From Novakomyces olei (Eukaryota), in assembly GCA_016906335.1 (NCBI GenBank), contig JADEYG010000015.1, positions 1,054,001 to 1,118,000 of the forward strand: a DNA stretch of 64,000 nucleotides, in the 5' to 3' direction. Both the position numbers and the translations under genes were made by a program. Of this stretch, positions 21,791-35,596 are shown in pieces; the stretch's first letter is position 1; the number at the start of each line of letters is the position of its first letter. The notes beneath the pieces were generated by a model. That model did no database searches. It was not told the origin of the DNA and saw only the letters and a list, made by a program, of their open reading frames with translations.

Positions 21791-24111
21791 ATGTCATTAG
21801 CGTCCACAATGTCGGCGGGTGGGACAGCGCCTGACTGGATTGCAATTCAGTCGCGAACCTTTACCAAATGGATGACAAGCAAGCTCAAAGATACGGGGCT
21901 TTTCTCTGATGACCAACTTGCAACGCTACCAGATTCAATGACGAACGGTGTTGCCCTGATTCAGTTGCTGGAAAATATTGGCGGAGAGCCTTTGGGACGG
22001 TACAACAAGGCACCGCGTTTACGCGTACAGAATATGGAAAACGTTAACCTTGCACTTTCTTATATCAAATCGCGAAAAGTACCGTTAACCAACATTGGGG
22101 CAGAAGGTAGGTTTGGCGTTTTATTTTATTTTATTTTGCATATAACTCTTCTTACGCCATAGATATTGTTGATGGAAATCTCAAACTTATCCTGGGCCTG
22201 CTTTGGACGCTTATTCTACGATTCACTATTGCGGATATCAACGAAGAAGGCCTAACTGCTAAGGAAGGTCTCTTACTCTGGTGCCAGAGGAAAAGCCATG
22301 GCTATCGGCATGTCAACATTACAGACTTTAGTTCAAGGTAATATCAACAGAGAATAGAACAATATGTTTTCTCGCTGCTTATTGTTTCCGTCTGAATTGA
22401 TACGGGATTTGTCTTTTGTCGTTGCTCATTTTTGATTACATTTTCCAATTTCGATGAATAAGCATTTAATTATTCAGTTATCCACTACTGGTTTTCTATC
22501 CTTGCGCTAACACTCTAGCTGGTCGAATGGTCTAGCATTGTAATACCTCTTCGTTTACAAAATTTATTTCTAATCTTTCAAGCTGCGCGTTAATTCACCG
22601 GTATCGTCCAGAACTGATCGAGTACAATTCTCTGTCGCCGTCGAAGCCACGCGAAAACTTGGCTCTAGCTTTCCGTCTAGCTGCTGAAGAGATTGGTATA
22701 CCCCAATTGCTCGATGTGGAGGATGTGTGTGACGTTGTATACCCGGATGAGCGGTCTATCATGACATACGTTGCTCAGTATTTCCATGCGTTTTCGGAGC
22801 TTGACAAGTATCTTACTGCTGGCCGTCGTATAGAGGCTTTTGCGGACAATTTGAAAAGCGTCTATTCAATGCAGACTGATTATGAGCGAAGATGCAAAAT
22901 TCTGCTGGAAGGCGTTACAGAGCAAATTGCCGCGTGGAGGCGGACTACGTTTACTGGAACATACGGAGACGCAAAGAGCCAGTCCACTTGTTTTACGAAA
23001 TTTAAGCTCGGGAAAAAGCGGGACTGGATAAGGGAAAAAATAAATCTCGAATCTCTTCTAGGCAACGTGCAAACAAAACTAAAACTACTCTCAATGCAAG
23101 AGTACGAACCGCCTAATAACCTTGCGCTATTAGAGCTGGAGCAGCAGTGGAAATTGTTATCGTCGACTGAAGCTAGTCGTGCAAAACAAATAAATGGGAA
23201 TATTAGAGAGTGAGTCAGAACGTTATCAATTTCTAACTTTAATTTCAAAATTGGAATTAGATTTTACTTTTTTTTTTTTTTTTTTAATTTGAATTTTGCT
23301 TTTTCTTGCTGACATACGCAGAATCAAAGAAAACTTGCGCAAAGCTTTTGCCGATAGTGCAAACGATTTTGCGCTAATGATAACTACTTTGTCTAATAAT
23401 CTAACGACACTAGAAGGAGACATTGAGGAGCAACTTGGTACTGTGAACTATCTGTTTGAACACATGGAGCCATTGAGTGGCGAAATGAAGACGATGCATA
23501 ATTTAGATTTGCAGTGCAAAGAGGCAAATATTGATGAAAATGATTATACAGTTTACACATATGAAGATTTGGAGTATGAATTCAAGTTGGCGTTTGACGC
23601 AATAACAAAGAAAAAGCAGTTCTTGGAGGGTCAAATTATAGCCGGTCAGCGGTCACAATTGACGGAGAGCCAATTGGAAGAGTTTGATCAATGTTTCCGG
23701 CATTTTGCGCGTGGCGCTGGTGTATTAAACAAGACGGATTTCAAAGTTGCTCTGGCCAGTTTGGGTCTTTTGTATGATGACCGGGATTTGGATGATATCC
23801 TAGTAAATTTTGGAGCGAGCGATTCAACACAGGGGATCAGCTATGAGCAATGGATCGGGTTTCTTGTGCACGAAATGGAGGACAATTCATCACCGGAACA
23901 GGTACTACTTGCCTTTCGTGATGTTGCAGATGGAAAGGCGTATGTGACTGTGACGGATTATCGAGAATCCCGTATAAAGCCTGGCACTATAGCATTTTTG
24001 GAACGCGAAATGAAGCATTGTATCTTTAAAGAAAACAGTGAAGTCGGCTATAATTATATCGATTGGATGCGCTCAAAGCTTTCAGATGAATATTTGAACG
24101 GCGACGAGTAG
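21791..24111 (+). CDS. ain1: Alpha-actinin (2 CH domains, spectrin-like repeats, EF-hands), multi-exon incl. 21-nt exon 22519-22539
   Basis: 'IQSRTFTKW', '[28 protein letters not shown]', '[11 protein letters not shown]', '[14 protein letters not shown]'. Confidence 0.93.
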
Positions 24112-25139
24112 AATTACCGGCAAGGGGAAAATAAATGTGTTTTTGTATTCATTAGTCTGCGAAGTTTGAGTATGTGTAATACGACAAGTATTGTTCGATT
24201 ACGTCTTTTGATATTGTGTGTTATTCATTAGTCTTTCAACTAAATCATGTCTTGTTTTAAACCCCGAGTGTCTGTGTCGTCACTGTCGAATACTGCAATT
24301 TTCGATTACGACTTCATCTTTAGCATGGGCACTGCAACAAGGAATCCCGCCATTGGAGCTCTGTCTGTGATTAAAATATCAAACCTATACTCACTACACT
24401 CTGATTCTCGTATTTCAATCAACACGAATGCTATTAGACTAGAACGTATGCCAACGATAGGATCGTGTAGCATCGTAGGAATCTATAGGATCTTCAGACC
24501 AACCCGATTTATTTAACATTATATCGGCTCCTTAGAAAGGTCTCTTCTTTACTTTGACTGTATAATTGCTTCACTCCATAATTCAGTATGGGTTTCCCCT
24601 TTCCTTATTATTGCTAGAGCACGGTAAAGCATCGCTATCGTCCTTTACTTCGTCTACAATATGCATAAACTCTGTTTAGCTAGCTGGCTGGCTTGATATT
24701 AATTACAATACTATCTATCGCTCGCATTGGGCGTACCCAATCTCGTTGGAAAAACCTGAAAATATAGTTCAAAAATATAGTCCCATATATTGAATGTAGG
24801 ACACATACAACGAAACAGCACTTTACACATTAACTGTCTATATTTGTACATAAATATTTGATCGTGTTTTTACTAGATAACACAGAAACCCGTTTTTATT
24901 AGATTATTTAGAAACCCGACCACACTATATATTAATTTAATAAAAACAAGTCCACAAATCCCGTACAAATCAAACTCTATCATACAAATCAGTCGCTGCA
25001 GAAAAAAGGACAATAATTGGTGTATACATACATATATAGCGTAAGGCGCTCAGGCAAACATCGGGTGTGTCGTCGTCCGAGGCGTGTAGCGAAGGATAAT
25101 TTCCTCCTATCTTTTGTTGGCGCAGCTCCATTTACAGCC

Positions 25140-28100
25140 ATGAGTATCACAAACACTGAAGCTGCGGCAGCTGAGGGCTCGGCGCAGGCTGCTCCTGTGA
25201 TCGAAGTGCCGCTGCGTGACGGCACCGCGTCAATTGAAATTGATACAAGCGAGTTGCCCGAAGATATCTTGGAAATCACCGAGGTCTTGGCTACAGAGGA
25301 AGCTCCAGCTCGGATTTGGTTACAGTTTGCCGTAATGTGAAATACGCGTTTGCTATTGCTAACATTCAATAGAACGAGTACCGGCAGCGCGGCATGGTCA
25401 ATCATGCAATTGATCTGCTTACTCAGGGGATCAACTGTATGCTTTTGAGACTCAATTTGCCTCTTTTCTTTGGATTTTTGCTTTGGATTTTTCTTTGGAT
25501 TTTGCTGTTTGGGTTTGGATTTTATTTAAAGTTGCCTTTCCCATATCCAGTATCAATGTTTACTGTTTCGCCATGTCATTACCCTTGCCAGTTTATTCTC
25601 TGCTATGGTCTCTAATAATCAGCCTCTGTGAACAAACAGTCTCCGGAAGAGGCTCCGTTCTACGCTAATTTGGCGGCTATTTATCTTGATCAGTACCGAA
25701 ATACTTCAGGTAAGGGGACAGGCAAGGGCCATACGCTAATGCTTGCAGCATCCAATGAATCACGTGAAAAGCTACGAGACTCTTTTATTGCATCCCTCAA
25801 CGAATCCAGCCAGCTGTATCCGGAGTGGAACATGAACACGCTTCTACAGGGCGTATGGGCGTGCATGCAAATGCCGACAGATCGCTCAGCTGTTGCGGCG
25901 GCTGTTCAGCTATTGGGAGTTAATAGGACGGGTTCAACCAAAAATCTACCAAACAGTCTGTTATTACTTTTTTGCAAGGCTCGAGTACTTTTATTTCGAG
26001 AGAATTACAAGGCGGCATTGAAGCTGTATCAAAGCATTTTGATTACACAGCCCAGTATCAAACCAGATCCCCGCATTGGTATCGGACTATGCTTTTACAA
26101 GCTTGAGAAATATACCGATGCTGCTCTTGCTTTTGAACGGGCTTTCGAACTTGACCCAACGAATAAACACGTCATTACGCTCTTGGGCCTCTCGTATGCT
26201 AATGAAGCGTTTCGAAATGTCAATAGCCCTGGGTTCTTAAAGCTGTATGGTCAGGCGCTAAAGCATATTCAGCACGCCTTCAAGATCGATCCTCAGTATC
26301 CAGCTCCAGCAATATTCCTGGCTGGCTATATGTTTTCAAAAAAGAACATGGACGCAGTTGTCAAGCTTACACAACGCGTTATTGCCAACACAGAAATGCC
26401 GTTATTGCTTTGTGATGCACATTGCTGGCTGGCTAGAGCCTATCAGCAGATGGAAATGTTTGATCTTGCTGCGGTTAATTACCAGAAAGCCAAAAGTCTG
26501 TCAGAGAAAAATATCTTTGCTCAGGTGGGGTTGATTCAGGTACAAATACTGCAAGATGACTTGACCAATGCTCGTCTCAACCTTGAACGCCTTGTCGATA
26601 GCAATAATCGCTGCATCGAAGCTTTGGTAATTTTGGCTGCGATATTAATCAAAGAAATATCGAGTACAAGCCACCCAAATCATCAAACGGTAAGCAAGGC
26701 AAAGCATTACCTAGACCGCGCCCTGTTTCTCGCAAAATCAAATGACCATGCAATCTTGCAGATGCCTGCTATTTACATTATGCGTGCTCAGCTGCTGGAG
26801 CGCGAAAAGCCATTAGAGTGCCTCAAAGATTATGAGACAGCTTTAGACTTGCAGATTGCGCGCAATGGTGTAGTCCCACCCCAGCTCTTGTGCAATTTCG
26901 GTGTCATTAATCAGCAACAAGGTCGGACAGACATTGCGTTGGAGATGTACGATAAAGCTTTGCAAAGCCTGGATTCTAGTATCCACGATGAGACGCAAAT
27001 CGACCAAATTTCCACAACTGTTCAATTCAATATTGGCCGATGTTATGAGCAAATGGGCAAATTAGACCAGGCAATAGCAGAGTACAGAAAAGTGTTGGAT
27101 CGTCATGATGACTATGCTGATGGTAAGAAAGCAACTGCAACTGCAACTGTAACTGCAACTGCAATTGGCTTGGCTTTTGTTTTTTGTGTACTGCGATTGG
27201 CCTTTAATAGGTTGCTTTCATTTTGCTTTTCTTTGGTGCATTGTTCTTGTACCTCTGCATCTGCCCATTTGTCCTTTTATTATATCCTATATTTTAGTTC
27301 ATTACCTATTTTCAATCTTAATTTAAATTTGTATCTATTTATTTTATTTCTATGTTTATTTTTTATGTTCTCTTCATCCGTTCAAGCTAACAAACGCAAG
27401 CACGTGTTCGCGTGTGTGTCATTGAACTAAGTCGGCCAACGGAGAAAACGTTCCGAGAAATAAGAAAACTCATGGAATCGGACAGCGACAACCCTGAAAT
27501 TCGTGCCTTTTTTGGGTGGTATTTGAGCAAGCAAAGACGGAGATTAACAGAGGAGCCTGAGATTCGGCATTGTCAGCAAACCTTAAGGCACTGGAAAGAC
27601 GATGGCTATGCTTTGACTCAGCTGGGCAACGTGTACATGTCGCAAGGACGCGAGTCCCCTTCTGGCGACGAAGCTAAAAGGCAAAGACTGTACAACAAGG
27701 CCATGCAGATGTTTGAGCATGCTCTTAAAATGGACCCTCGCAATTCTTATGCTGCTCAAGGAGTGGCCGCGCTTCTGGCCTATAATCGTCAGTTTCCCAA
27801 GGCAATGCTAATCTTTAGCAAGCTACGGGAGACGTCGCGGGATGTTACGACGCTGATAAACTTGGGTCACTGTCTGGCAGAGTTGAAACAATATGAGCGG
27901 GCCATTGAATTGTATGAAACTGCTCTTAAAGTGCAAGGAAACAAGGATATATACGGATTAAACTCCTACTTGGGCCGTGTCTGGATCCAACGTGGTCGTG
28001 AGGAGAAGAGCATACCCTCCTTAGAGCAAGCTCTGCACTTTGCCAAAGTGGCCGCCGAAGGGGACAAGGCTAACGATTCTCTGCGGTTTAATGTTGCCTT

Positions 28101-28944
28101 TGTCGAGTTCCAGAGTGCCGAAGTAATCCGCAATCTGCCCGAGGCTAAACGCACTGTGAGTGATTTGGAACATGCAATGGAGCTTTTGAATTCTTCCATT
28201 TCTATCCTGACAGAGCTCCAGCAGTCCAAGAATATGCCTTATTCCGCCACAGATCTAGATCAGCGCGTAAAGCAGCTGAGCACTTCTCGACGGCAATTAG
28301 AGCGAGCGTTACAGAGTCAACGGGAGTTTGAGGCGTCTTCACGGGCAAAGATGGAAGAGCTGAGACAGTTTCGGCTGAAGGAGAAGGAGAGACTTGAAAA
28401 TGAAGCTAAGGAGCGTGCACGTGCAGAGCAAGAGCGGGAAATGGCTCTGGCAGAAGAGCGGCGAAAGATTCAAGAAGAAATGGCTCAAATAATCCGGGCT
28501 CGAAAGGAGGAAGCAGAGCGGTTAGAGAGGGAGGAAGATGAGGATGCAAATCAGCGGCCAAAGAAGAAACGGGACGGCAAAAAGAAACAGCAAGACGATT
28601 TTATAGCTGGAGGGAGTGATGAGGAAGAGGAAGCACAGTCTTCTTCAGAAGAGGAGAATGGGCATGGCCAAAAAGAAGAAGAAGAAGAAGAAGAAGACGA
28701 CGACGATGCAAAGGGAGAAGAAAAGGGGGAACAGTTGTCGGCAACAGATACAAATGGTGACTCTAAAAACGAGCAGGAAGAACGCGAAACCGACGCTGAG
28801 CAACGTTCGTCGGCCAAACGTCAAAACGAGAAGACCGAGGATTTGTTTGGTGACGACGACGAAGACGACGACGATGTTACTGTACATCGTAAAAAGAAGA
28901 CAAAAGTTCTGTCAAATGAGACTGTCGAGAGTGACGATGAGTAA
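25140..28944 (+). CDS. CTR9: Paf1 complex TPR subunit Ctr9 (Tpr1), 4 exons
   Basis: N-terminal 'IEVPLRD..IEID..ELPED', 'PDPRIGIGLCF', 'DPRNSYAAQGVA', 'LRFNVAFV', acidic/basic tail; three GT-AG introns. Confidence 0.93.
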
Positions 28945-29496
28945 AAAAAATAATTTTGTGATGGAATTTACATCTGTATTCAAGGTGCGGCGAGAATTGG
29001 CTGTACTTGATCGGCTTGCTTGCCCTGTTTGCCTATTGGCAAACATGAATAGATCAATTGAGATATACGAGTATCTACAGGAAACAATGGTCTAGGATTT
29101 TGTAATGATGATTGATTGCTGTGCAAAGTAAGACCGGAAATAAGTGGTACTGGGCGCCGTCAAAATTGAAAGAAGAGTTGCAATTATATGAAGAAAAAGA
29201 TTACTAGCAAAGAACGACTATTAAGTAGCAAGCAATAGAATCATGTAAAGCAAGCAATGAAAAAAGAACGAAACACGAAACACGAAACACGACACGGCAC
29301 GGCCACTATGCACAAGCGGCAAAAACCTGATACTTTACGGTGTGATACGTCGAGCGGTTGGGACAGAAACCGTTATGGATCTGTTCCATTGATTTCTTCC
29401 AGTACGACCTGCCTCGTTCCGTTGGTTTGGCAAGTAAGAGACCATTCTCGACTTGTCCACGTCCTTCATTGTTAGCGCGCGTGCAATAAATAACAG

Positions 29497-30567
29497 TTAT
29501 ATTCTTACCCAGGCTCCAGTACTTGCACGTTTCCCCAGTACGTACTGATTACAGTGCTCAATAAGTCGGCGGGTTCTTTGCTCAATACTCCGGCGGTACT
29601 CAATCAGCTCTCTAAGGCTAAAAGTCGAGAGCGCAAGTGAGCCCTTTTTGCCACCGTTTTCCATAGGTACGGATGATAAAAGGCTGACTGGCTTTCCCGT
29701 AGGCCATTCGTCTGGCGTTTTCTCATTAGCATTATTGCTGTCGGGTTCCTGTGGCCCAGGATTGTGCTGCTCTGCTTTCATGCCTTTCTTGTTGCCTTTG
29801 ACTGTCGCAAAATTTGGTTTAGGGCCAAAGATTTTCATATCTCTGGATTCAGTGTCAATGTCTCCTTCATCTTTACCACTGTTTCCTTCTTTTTTGCTAT
29901 CGTCAAGCTTTTCTGCTTCATCAAGAGGCTGATCGTCAACGGCTCCCTTATTACTGCAAGCTACACCATTGCCATTCAACGGCAATTCAGTATCAGCTCT
30001 CCCTGGAGATCCGACCTGGTCCGTGGTAGAGCCGTCCCTGTAGACCGTAATGTTCCCCTTTGAAGGCTCATTTGCCGCGCCCAGAGTAGCATTGGCATTC
30101 ATCATCTTCCCAGGGACATTCGTGGCAGACTCCTGCTGAGCCGTTTCCTCTTTAGCACCGAGCAGAATTCTACGTAACTCTCGCATGCTCAGGTAGTCTT
30201 GGGAAGCGCTCGAACGAGCCCCAGTTTTAGAGGGAGGCAAATTACCGTCTCGAAAAACTGGTGTGGGAGCCGTTTCTAGCGACGCTTGAGGGACTAGAGG
30301 CTCTGCGGAATTGAGCCTTTGATCGAGCGCCGAAAGCACATCAGAGAAATCTGTCTGAGCATCAAGTGCGTCTGCCGCAACTTCGACCTTGGGAGCCCTT
30401 GAGATTTTACGTTCAAGCTTATGAAAGGCACTTAGACCTCTGTGCCTTGCCCGCTCAAGGTATTGACTGCCGTCGGGCTTGAGCCATTTCCCGGAACGCG
30501 TAAGTATACGAGAAAACGCGGTTTCGCGATAGCCTTCACGCTGAAGAAAGGAAAAACAGCCCGTCAT
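29497..30567 (-). CDS. Hypothetical protein, low complexity; probably has further 3' exons
   Basis: 356-aa ORF ending in a GTAAGA donor with CTAAC..AAG acceptor near 29465; no family recognised. Confidence 0.55.
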   Translation of the reverse strand: MTGCFSFLQREGYRETAFSRILTRSGKWLKPDGSQYLERARHRGLSAFHKLERKISRAPKVEVAADALDAQTDFSDVLSALDQRLNSAEPLVPQASLETAPTPVFRDGNLPPSKTGARSSASQDYLSMRELRRILLGAKEETAQQESATNVPGKMMNANATLGAANEPSKGNITVYRDGSTTDQVGSPGRADTELPLNGNGVACSNKGAVDDQPLDEAEKLDDSKKEGNSGKDEGDIDTESRDMKIFGPKPNFATVKGNKKGMKAEQHNPGPQEPDSNNANEKTPDEWPTGKPVSLLSSVPMENGGKKGSLALSTFSLRELIEYRRSIEQRTRRLIEHCNQYVLGKRASTGAWVRI

Positions 30568-31084
30568 TGGGGGCGGTACTTTTCGCCTACACTTAAAGGA
30601 GGAATCAGCCTCTCAATTGTCCAATTGGACTCTGTATACGACAGCTAACCGGTCCAGTGCTGGGTATTGCCCTCGATTCGAATTGGTCATTATTGTCCGC
30701 AATCTTTGCGCGGAATTAAAGGGACCGATCAAACCAATGATTCGACCGGAAAAGCTTCCATTTTGCTTCATAATCGAACCAGATTTCTTTGATTAAAGTC
30801 CACGCGCTCATATGACCGACCGATTCGGGTCGGGATGTCCTGTGTCACATGATCCGGGGCATTTGATCGCCATATTTTGCGGCAATTTATCTATCGCTCT
30901 CGGCAATCATCGCCAAAGCGGCAGCTGTGATACTTGATATATGTGTACGTAATGGACCACGTCAATCTTGTATTGTTAAATGTATATTTAAGTAAATGTA
31001 ACGAATTACCTATATATTGGCGGCATGTGTAAATATAATTTTATTCAAATAAATTCGAACTCGAATTAAAATTGAAATGATATA

Positions 31085-31170
31085 AATTAAATTCAAACAA
31101 ATTAAATTAAATTAAATTAAATCAAATTAAACTAAATTAAATTAAATTAAATTAAACTAAATTAAAATTA
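31085..31170. repeat. (AAATT)n repeat
   Basis: Read directly, ending ~40 bp upstream of the DUF89 ATG. Confidence 0.85.
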
Positions 31171-31207
31171 AAAAGAGGGCGGGCGAGCGACGAGTCATCG
31201 AATAGTC

Positions 31208-33019
31208 ATGACGCATCTTACCAAGGCGCTGTTTGAAAGCATTGACCCGCCTGCCAGTAATTTAATCTACCAAATTTTTTCTAATTGCCATAGAGCCTTA
31301 CTGGACGGGTGATAAGGCATCGTTTGCTTACACATCAGCCAAAGACCGTTGGCCGGTGATCCTGACGGGTGCGGACAGCAATTATTCGCTTTCTAATATA
31401 CAGGCATCATTGATGACGTTACGCGGACCATCGGTGACAGCGAAAACGAGCAAATTGTAAGTGAAAGCTCAAAAGACTCAAATAAAAGATTCGAATTACC
31501 CAGAGGGAAAGAACAAGAACGAATGTAATTCGGGATATGGGGAAGAAAGAAAAAGGGCGACCAGAAGCTAATTGTAACAAAGATCGATCAAGGCAAGCGC
31601 ATAATTGAAGAGGTGGCCACTCTTAAATATGAGATTGAGCACAACAAGCCGTTGTCGTAAGCCTGGTATAATCTCATAAAGGCTGACGACAGTCCCTTGC
31701 ATGGAGACGGCAAAGACATTGAAGAGTACAACTTTGAGCTGTCCCTTCTGCAAACCCCGACCTGGTTCAATGTGCCCTGGCTCTTTTCCGAATGCTACAT
31801 GTATAGACGCGTTCGCGTTAGTATGACATCGCGTTCCGAATGGCGCAATTACGATCCTTTTGCTCGACAAAAGGAGGAAACACTTCGGCAGTCAGCTAAT
31901 GCCGTGCGGGAGTTGACTGATCGTTTTATACATTTGTGCGAGTCCCGGAGCAGTATCACGGATCCGGAGGCGCTGCGCCTTGTTTTTGTGGAAATGATTG
32001 AGGTTTGCTTGTGGGGAAACGCTACGGATTTATCGCTTCTCACTTCAGTCACGTACGATGACCTCCAAAAGCTTCAGGGCAGCAAAGCAGTACAAGAGTC
32101 TCGTGCAAATATTATTTGTGACGACTTGGATGAGGCCTGGCTTCATATTTCGGGGCATAAAGCAAGTCGTATTGATATTGTACTGGACAATGCGGGGTTT
32201 GAGCTTTTCGTCGATATGGTCATGGCTGCTTTTCTGCTGGATTTTGGTCTCGCTGAAACTGTCGTATTGCATCCTAAGTCTATGGTAAATTTGTTTGCTA
32301 TTATCTTTTGCATCTTTTCTTTCTTTCTTTCTTTTTTTTTGTTTTTTTTTTTTTTTTTTTTTTTGAGAAATTTCTTTTCCGAAAAGTACGTCTGACCAAG
32401 TTTAGCCATGGTTTGTTTCTGACGCTATGCCCAAGGATATAGCTGGCATGTTTACGTCTCTTACAAGCCTTTTTCCCGGCGAAAACAGCAACAAGTTGGC
32501 CGGGAAGTGGGCTCATTATCATAGCGAGGGCTCGCTGATCATCCGGTCAAACGATTTTTGGACAACTGGTATTGAAAAATTATCAATATTAAAAAAATAA
32601 TAAAAACAATAAAAGATAGCGCCTAAAATCTAAACCAGCGTTGATACACAATCGCTAATGCAAAAGGCCATAGCTTTTGGCGAACGCAAGAGTTTGCACC
32701 GGCGCTTTTTGAAGACCTCAAATCTTCGGATCTGGTAGGCAGGATTGATTTTGCTGCCGTTTTCTCATTCTTTTAGGTTATGTTCAAGGGGGACCTAAAC
32801 TACCGTAAGCTTACAGCTGATGCGCAATGGCCGCGGACGACTCCATGGGCAAAAGCCATTGGAAGTATGACGCAAATAAACAATTTGGCATTACGTACTT
32901 GCAAGGCGGACGTGTGTGTAGGACTGGCGGCTGGAAAAGAGCAAGAGCTTGATGCCAAGGACGCAAAATGGGACAGAGACGGGAAATGGGCTGTTTTAAT
33001 GTTTAATAAAAAGCAGTAA
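31208..33019 (+). CDS. DUF89/ARMT1-like damage-control phosphatase, ~8 exons
   Basis: 'RWPVILT', 'WFNVPWLFSECYMYRR', 'LWGNATDLS', 'LDNAGFELFVD', 'PWFVSD', 'FKGDLNYRKL', 'LRTCKADV'. Confidence 0.92.
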
Positions 33020-33116
33020 AAGTTTATAAATATAAATGTTGAGCCCAACCAAAATTGTTTCAATTTACGCTTCTAGACAAATAAAATTCTAGCCAAAATC
33101 TAAGTTTGAATGTCAA

Positions 33117-34516
33117 TCAGACCGAGTATTTGTTTCGCAAGGTCTCGACTATGCGATGCACTCTAGATGGCAGACGATATAGCAAAAAAGCAGCGATCGG
33201 GACTACGTAAATCTGCTGCACTTCTAACGCGCTTCGAAGCTCAACGCGCGTTCCAATAGGAGGCAAGTCAGGTCTCGTTGGGAACGCACCCTTTGCATAA
33301 AAGAAATCCAGCATACTATCCTTTTCAGCCCAGCGTTCCCGTAGCCACTGAGAAAATAGATGGCTATCGGCCAAAGGAATTTCAGACACAAGAAAGCGGC
33401 GTACGTGAATATGAACGCCAGGAGGAGGACGGCCCTCAATGTACGTCGACCATAACGTGTACTTGGTGCCAGCATACTCGGAAGCATCAACTCCGTCAAA
33501 CGCAAAAGTGAAGTCGTAGACATACTTGACGCTGGCCTCTAGCTGCTGCAAGCAAAATTGCAAGCCCGTAGTCCGAGGAATAAGGACATGTCGGTAGGGC
33601 GCTATATCTTCTTTTTTCGCGTAAGCATTGCTGCGTGCACGAGTAGTGGGAGACATGTTTGTGCCTTCGGGATAGATGAGCAGCGACATGGCTTCGTGCG
33701 GTGCAGAAACCCGGTGCAAGTGCCGCGCAATTAAGGGCTTGTCCACCTTCCACGAGCGACTAAGAAAGACTTTTCATAAGTATGGCATGAACAGCAGAAG
33801 GCGAAGACTAAATTATCTAAATTATAATAAATGAATAAATAAATAATTAATTAATTAATTAAAAAAGAAAAAAGAATAAACGAAAATAAATATTCAAAAA
33901 AGAGAAAAAACACATACTAAAGTTGTAAAATTTCATGCCGACACCGAGCACTGGAATGTACTGCAGACTCTTTTTCAGTATAATATAAATTGAATTGTGC
34001 AGCTTGGCCGTGTACAGGATCCACCACATGTAGAACCAATCCGCGTCTAAAGTTAGACAGAGCTTTAAATTTCGCTTACAAATTTGGTGATTCGATATCA
34101 TAACCAAACGATGCGGCAGATCGATATCAACTAGCTCAGAATCCGCAACAGGTCGCGTTATTGTGCTGTAGATTGCCGGATCGTCCGCGTATATTGTAAT
34201 TGGAGAAGGCGCGAACCATTGTGTTAAGCTGACCGCGATCAGTCCAAACGCGCCCTTTGTACGATCACTGGAGGAATTAGCAAATCACGCGAATAACAAT
34301 ATGAGCATACATGTAAGCGCGAAACCAGTTTTTGCTGAATATCCTAAGCGGCAAGCCGAGTAATTGTGTGGCCACAATACAGCAGCAGGCTGTGCTAAAA
34401 TAAGATATAAAAAGTGATAGCCGAAGCAAAGCCTTAATCCGCAACGATAGCGGAGGCGATGCTTGACCCTCACTATTTATGCTGCTCGTCTGGCTGCTGC
34501 CGTCAGCTAAAACCAT
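33117..34516 (-). CDS. PlsC-domain lysophospholipid acyltransferase (Cst26/LCLAT1-like), 4 exons
   Basis: 'ISNHQIY|ADWFYMW', 'ILKKSLQYIPVLGVGM', 'FLSRSW', 'IYPEGT', 'VLIPRTTGL'. Confidence 0.9.
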
Positions 34517-35596
34517 GTGTTCCGGAGTGTGATTTATCTCCTTATCTGCACATTGATGAACTCCGAGAGGTTATATAATACACAATTTATTATTTTATCG
34601 ACTATGTATTTTATCTACTATTTATTCTACTTTTATTTTATTTATTATTTATATTACTTGCTATTTATTTTATCTACTATTTATACTACTTTTATTTTAT
34701 TTATTATTTATATTATCTACTACTTAATTTATTTACTACATATTTAGCACCTTCTTTTTCCTCACTTATTTACTAATTATCTATCTCATTTTCAGCGTCT
34801 TCGCCTCATACATTTATTACGAATAATCTTGTTAGAGCCGCAGTAACCGTTGAGCAAACCTATAATAAAATAAAGAATATGTTAATCTCACTATTCGGTC
34901 ATCATATAGTATCATCGTATACTACTACTATTCACAAATGTCATTAGTTGCATTACATTGCGCGTATTCCGACCGTCGAAACCGATCCCAACGAAACAAA
35001 TACGCTCCAAAAAAAATCAGGAAAATGCATTCTGACTCCAAAAGCGGCAGATATGCCAACACTCTAGTGGCGTTCGGGCTCAAAATGAGGATGGAGCGAA
35101 GATTACAGTCTTTACACACTTTTGACCGCTCGTTTGTCTGATGCAGACAGCCACAATCTGCTTATCCTTAATCAAAAAGATTTCAAAGCCGGTCACAGCC
35201 GGTCTTGCTCTCAATATCGTCACCAAACTCAGCAGAGGAGGGAAATACGCTGTCTCGTCCACAACGCACTACGCCGGCAAAACTGTCCGTTCTTTCGAAC
35301 CGCACTTTTTGTGTTCACAGCGATTACAAGCAATTGCTGCGGCTTTCATGGCTTCATCCCGGATTTAAGCAACCCAGCTCTTGAATCCAGAGGGATACAA
35401 AAAGCCAAAAACTGCAAACGTTCTGAAGTTTATGACATTGCAAAGAATTTCAGTTGCGACTCAATATTCAGGCATTTTGGGATACCATCTCCATATCCAC
35501 AAGCTCTGCAGGCTGAGCGTTTAATATAAAAATATAATTGATGAACTTGTTAGATCAGACGAAGCGTACGGCTAAACGTACGCCGCACCCACAAGA

